A program made the translations under genes and the position numbers. The notes below the pieces were generated by a model. The model worked only from the letters and a program-made list of their open reading frames with translations, was not told the DNA's origin and made no database searches. From contig CM035351.1 in NCBI GenBank assembly GCA_020137815.1, positions 7,626,001-7,690,000 on the forward strand: a stretch of DNA of 64,000 nt. Direction: 5' to 3'. The stretch's first letter is position 1. Each line of letters starts with the position of its first letter. This stretch comes from Hormiphora californensis (taxonomy: Eukaryota; Animalia; Ctenophora). Positions 60,901 to 64,000 of the stretch are shown here, piece after piece.

Positions 60901-63832
60901 ATTTATTATTATTTAGCTTAGTACTTAGTACTTAGTGCTAATTGAAATTCTCTCTAATTCTCTCGACTTCTTTGTTGCAGGTTCTGCAAATCTTTGCAAA
61001 CAAGTTCACTGATCTAGTATCGTTGACAGTGAATGTTCCACCCAATCTTCATCATCTTGGTGTGGGGTATAACCAACTAACTGATATCACATCCTTTATC
61101 TCACCCTACTATTGGTAAATATAAGTCTAGACAGAGTTTTACTAAAAGTTTAAGTTTATTTCAGTTCAAAATAAATGCATACATATATTCAGAGTATATT
61201 CTAGATGTGACTCCAATGCCATTTAACCGCTCGATCTCCTGCAATACCGCGAGCTTTAGAACTAGAAAACCCAAACTACATAACAGTTATGCTACTAAAC
61301 CATATGTCTCTGAATTTAATTTCCTCCCCCAGGCCGAATCTCCTCTCACTGGATTTGTCTTATAATAAGATAGCCCATCTGGAAGCAACAGTCGAGTGCT
61401 TGGCGACCCTTCCATCGCTACGTAATCTCTCTCTCGCGGGAAACCCCATTAATGTGAGTTATTCTGTATAACTTGTTTCATAATGTGAACCGCTTGCACG
61501 CAAAACAGAGCGTGGGAAAAGAGAGATACATAGATAGAGAAATAGTAAGAGAGAGACGAGTGATGCTTTGATTTGCGTGCAAGCGGTTCGCATTATTGAA
61601 AATCGGACTTTACAAGGGCCTACCTAATTGACCTTCAGAGGCTATATGCTACTTTTTGATAATGGGCCCTATCTCCCCCCACAGTTGGCACCAGGATATA
61701 CGGGATGTGTTCTGGACTGTATGCCTCGTCTCAATATACTAGACGACATCTCTATCAGTGATGACGATCGGCTAAACTTCACTGGAATCTCTCAAGAGGG
61801 GGGTATAAACTGGGACCAGGCTATCTTAACTGTCATGTTCCCTGCACTGGAAAACCTCAGAAAACCACCAGAGAATGAGGTAACAAATACCCACGGTTTA
61901 GTTAGTTAAATTAAAATTAATTAACCAACTAATTGATCGTCGTGTTTCCAATATTACAATAACCCCTACAACTGCGCCCCTTTCAGCCCATTGACGAGGC
62001 AGGATTCCTATACCCCAACCAAAAGAAGCAGCTCTATCATATTGAGTTCTCCTTCGCTGCTGATCCCCCTACTGTCCGTCCCGGGACTGGGACTGATGCT
62101 CGTCCTGGGACTGGGGTTGATGCTCGTCCAGGAGATGATGCTCGTCCTGGGACTGCGACTGATGCTTGTCCTGAGACTGATGCTCGTCCTGGGACAGCGA
62201 CTGATGGTCTTCTTGGGACTGGGACACCACCAGCCGATGCCCCATCCATTAAGGAGGAGGAGAAGGAGGGAGAGGTGGTGTTTAGTACAATAGACATGCC
62301 CTGGACAGAGGAGAAGATGATTTTTAGTGTGCCTGTCATTGTTAGGTTAGTTAGTCACTAACTTAGTTACTATTAGTAATACTAACTAGTTAGTGAGACA
62401 TCTGTCACGGGCATGGTAGAATCTGTCGCTGCTTCCAAGTAACATTGCATGCAGTAGCGGCTGGGCCATGGACAGTGGATTCTGGTTGAGAGTCCACTGT
62501 CCATCAGGGTCCGATCGGGATCGGGATCGAGATTTCTGGCCGGGGCCGGCGCGGACCGGGAAGGCTATTTTTTGGCCCGGATCGGGAAGGCTATTTTTTG
62601 GCCCGGACCGGGGCCGGGTGTCAAATTTTAGGCCGGGGCCGAACTGGGGCTGGGAAGGCAAAAGATTAGCCGGGGCCGGGGATCGCCGGGGCCAGGATGT
62701 GGCGTAAGCACGAATTTTCATCCTCAAAGAAAATTGAAGGTTCATCTTCTAGTTGATCCCACGCACTTTCCAATGTCACCACTCTCCACTGATGTTCACA
62801 GAGACTGTAAAAGTCTAGACTAAACCCATACGGGGAGAAAAATTATTAAGAGAAAAAAGATCAGAGGCGATCGTCTTATCTGAATAAATTCACTGAATAA
62901 ATTCACTGAATAAATTCAGATGAACTTTGCTGAGTTTTGTTCTATATAATAAAGTCGGATTTTTTGAAACTGTCACCCCCTGGGTGGCGCACGAGTTTTT
63001 ATTTGCGCGTCGGAAACTTGTTTTCGCTCTCACGCCTTTGTTTCTTGACCAATTTCGTCAAACCAAAGTTTTACGGACTCACAAAATTATGCTCTTTCCG
63101 ATGATATGCGGTTTTTAGCCGAAAAGCGAGAGCAAGTGGGGGCTGTCACGCGCAAATACGACGCCGCACGTGAAAAGGGGGGTGACAATTTCAAAAAATC
63201 CGAGGGTCGGGCCCTGCTGTCCATTCAGAGTCTGAATACCAGAGTTCCTGGTAACTTCTCCACGTTATTAATTATTTCTTAATTAACAGGTGCAGTGATT
63301 TGAGTAATTTGGAAGAGTTCTTGACGAAGGAGATCCAGTTTACTCTTGTTGAGAAGACAATCGAGAGTTGGACAGTTATCGCACCCCCTGATACAGCATC
63401 AACCACCCCGCCTCCATCTGGGGGTAAAAAGAAAGGTACATGTCCTCGAGATAAATCGTGATCTTTGCAGGTAGTATTATAACCATTAAAACCATATTAA
63501 GTGGACATGAGTAGTTAAAAACCATTCTCACGTGATCACGACAACCTTAGATTCCATTTTAATAGTTTATCCCTCCCTCGTGGTCCTTCCTCGAGGTCTT
63601 CAGTGATACTGAGAATTAAACCCCACAAACCCCACACGATAACATGATTCGTATATTTTTATTAATTTAGGTGGTGCACCAAAGGAAGACAAGAAGAAGA
63701 AGAAGGCTGAAACTGGAACGGGGGAGAAACCCATTAAAGATAAAGAGGGAAACATACTAAAATGGGAGGAAGGAACCCCTACCCTGTCAGAGATTGCCCA
63801 TGTCAAAACATCCATCAAAAACCTCTTGGCAG
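56966..63832 (+). CDS. LRRC43: LRRC43-like leucine-rich repeat protein, continuing beyond the window
   Basis: LKLDQFPCGTGSW / INEVDRGLLKFVNLEQLSLTGNSLSEI..HLPRSL / VLQIFAN..PPNLHHLGVGYNQL..W / PNLLSLDLSYN..LSLAGNP / ..LNILDDISIS follows the LRRC43 pattern as recalled, not searched. Confidence 0.8.
57160..57359 (+). mobile_element. Small inverted-repeat element containing a Penelope-type minimal hammerhead ribozyme motif
   Basis: Arms GGCCACTGTGGGACCTCCGAACTGGTCTCGC / GCGAGACCAGTTCGGAGGTCCCACAGTGGCC; inside, CTGAAGA-G-GACAT-TTAT-ATGTC-GAAACGTT at 57206-57235. Confidence 0.55.
61476..61601. mobile_element. Tiny degenerate MITE-like inverted repeat
   Basis: TTTCATAATGTGAACCGCTTGCACGCAAA vs TTTGCGTGCAAGCGGTTCGCATTATTGAAA. 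Confidence 0.55.
62505..63216. mobile_element. hAT-like non-autonomous element, 8-bp TSD
   Basis: CTGTCCAT|CAGGGTCCGATC...GGTCGGGCCCTG|CTGTCCAT; GC-rich CCGG subterminal repeats; internal inverted-repeat unit at 62955-63203. Confidence 0.88.
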
Positions 63833-64000
63833 GTAATTAATTCAGTCTTCTGAACTAGTGTGTCAGCGCTACAATTCACCTTGATAGCGAATATTTTAAT
63901 GTGAACGCATGTGCGAGATCGAGCTCACACATATTACCCGCGAAGCGAGAATAGGTGGAAATGGTACCAAATCTTGGATTACGACTGTCAGTTTACTAAT

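Overview
Eukaryotic (animal) genomic DNA: gene-dense, small GT-AG introns, many (GA)n microsatellites and foldback transposons. Nested intronic genes and AG acceptors just before start codons would fit a ctenophore or similar invertebrate; that assignment is inference only. Minus strand, in transcription order: TRPM-like channel (56005-44576), RPL31 (40746-40387), malectin (40261-37434), ABCB8-like half transporter (36186-14492), an LRR/LRRcap gene (10557-~2407), and exons running off the left edge. Plus strand: three antisense genes nested in host introns (a DCR2/PAP-type metallophosphoesterase and two class-A GPCRs) and an LRRC43-like gene running off the right edge. There is also a ~2.9 kb tandem duplication that may be an assembly artefact, a 7 kb nested palindromic transposon complex, many MITEs with readable target-site duplications, an ORF1-only LINE-like element and a Penelope-type minimal hammerhead motif. 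Best candidates for new biology: a possible trans-spliced RPL31-MLEC-ABCB8 operon, the ORF1-only retroelement, and the nested DCR2-like enzyme. All gene models were spliced by eye without expression data or database searches.
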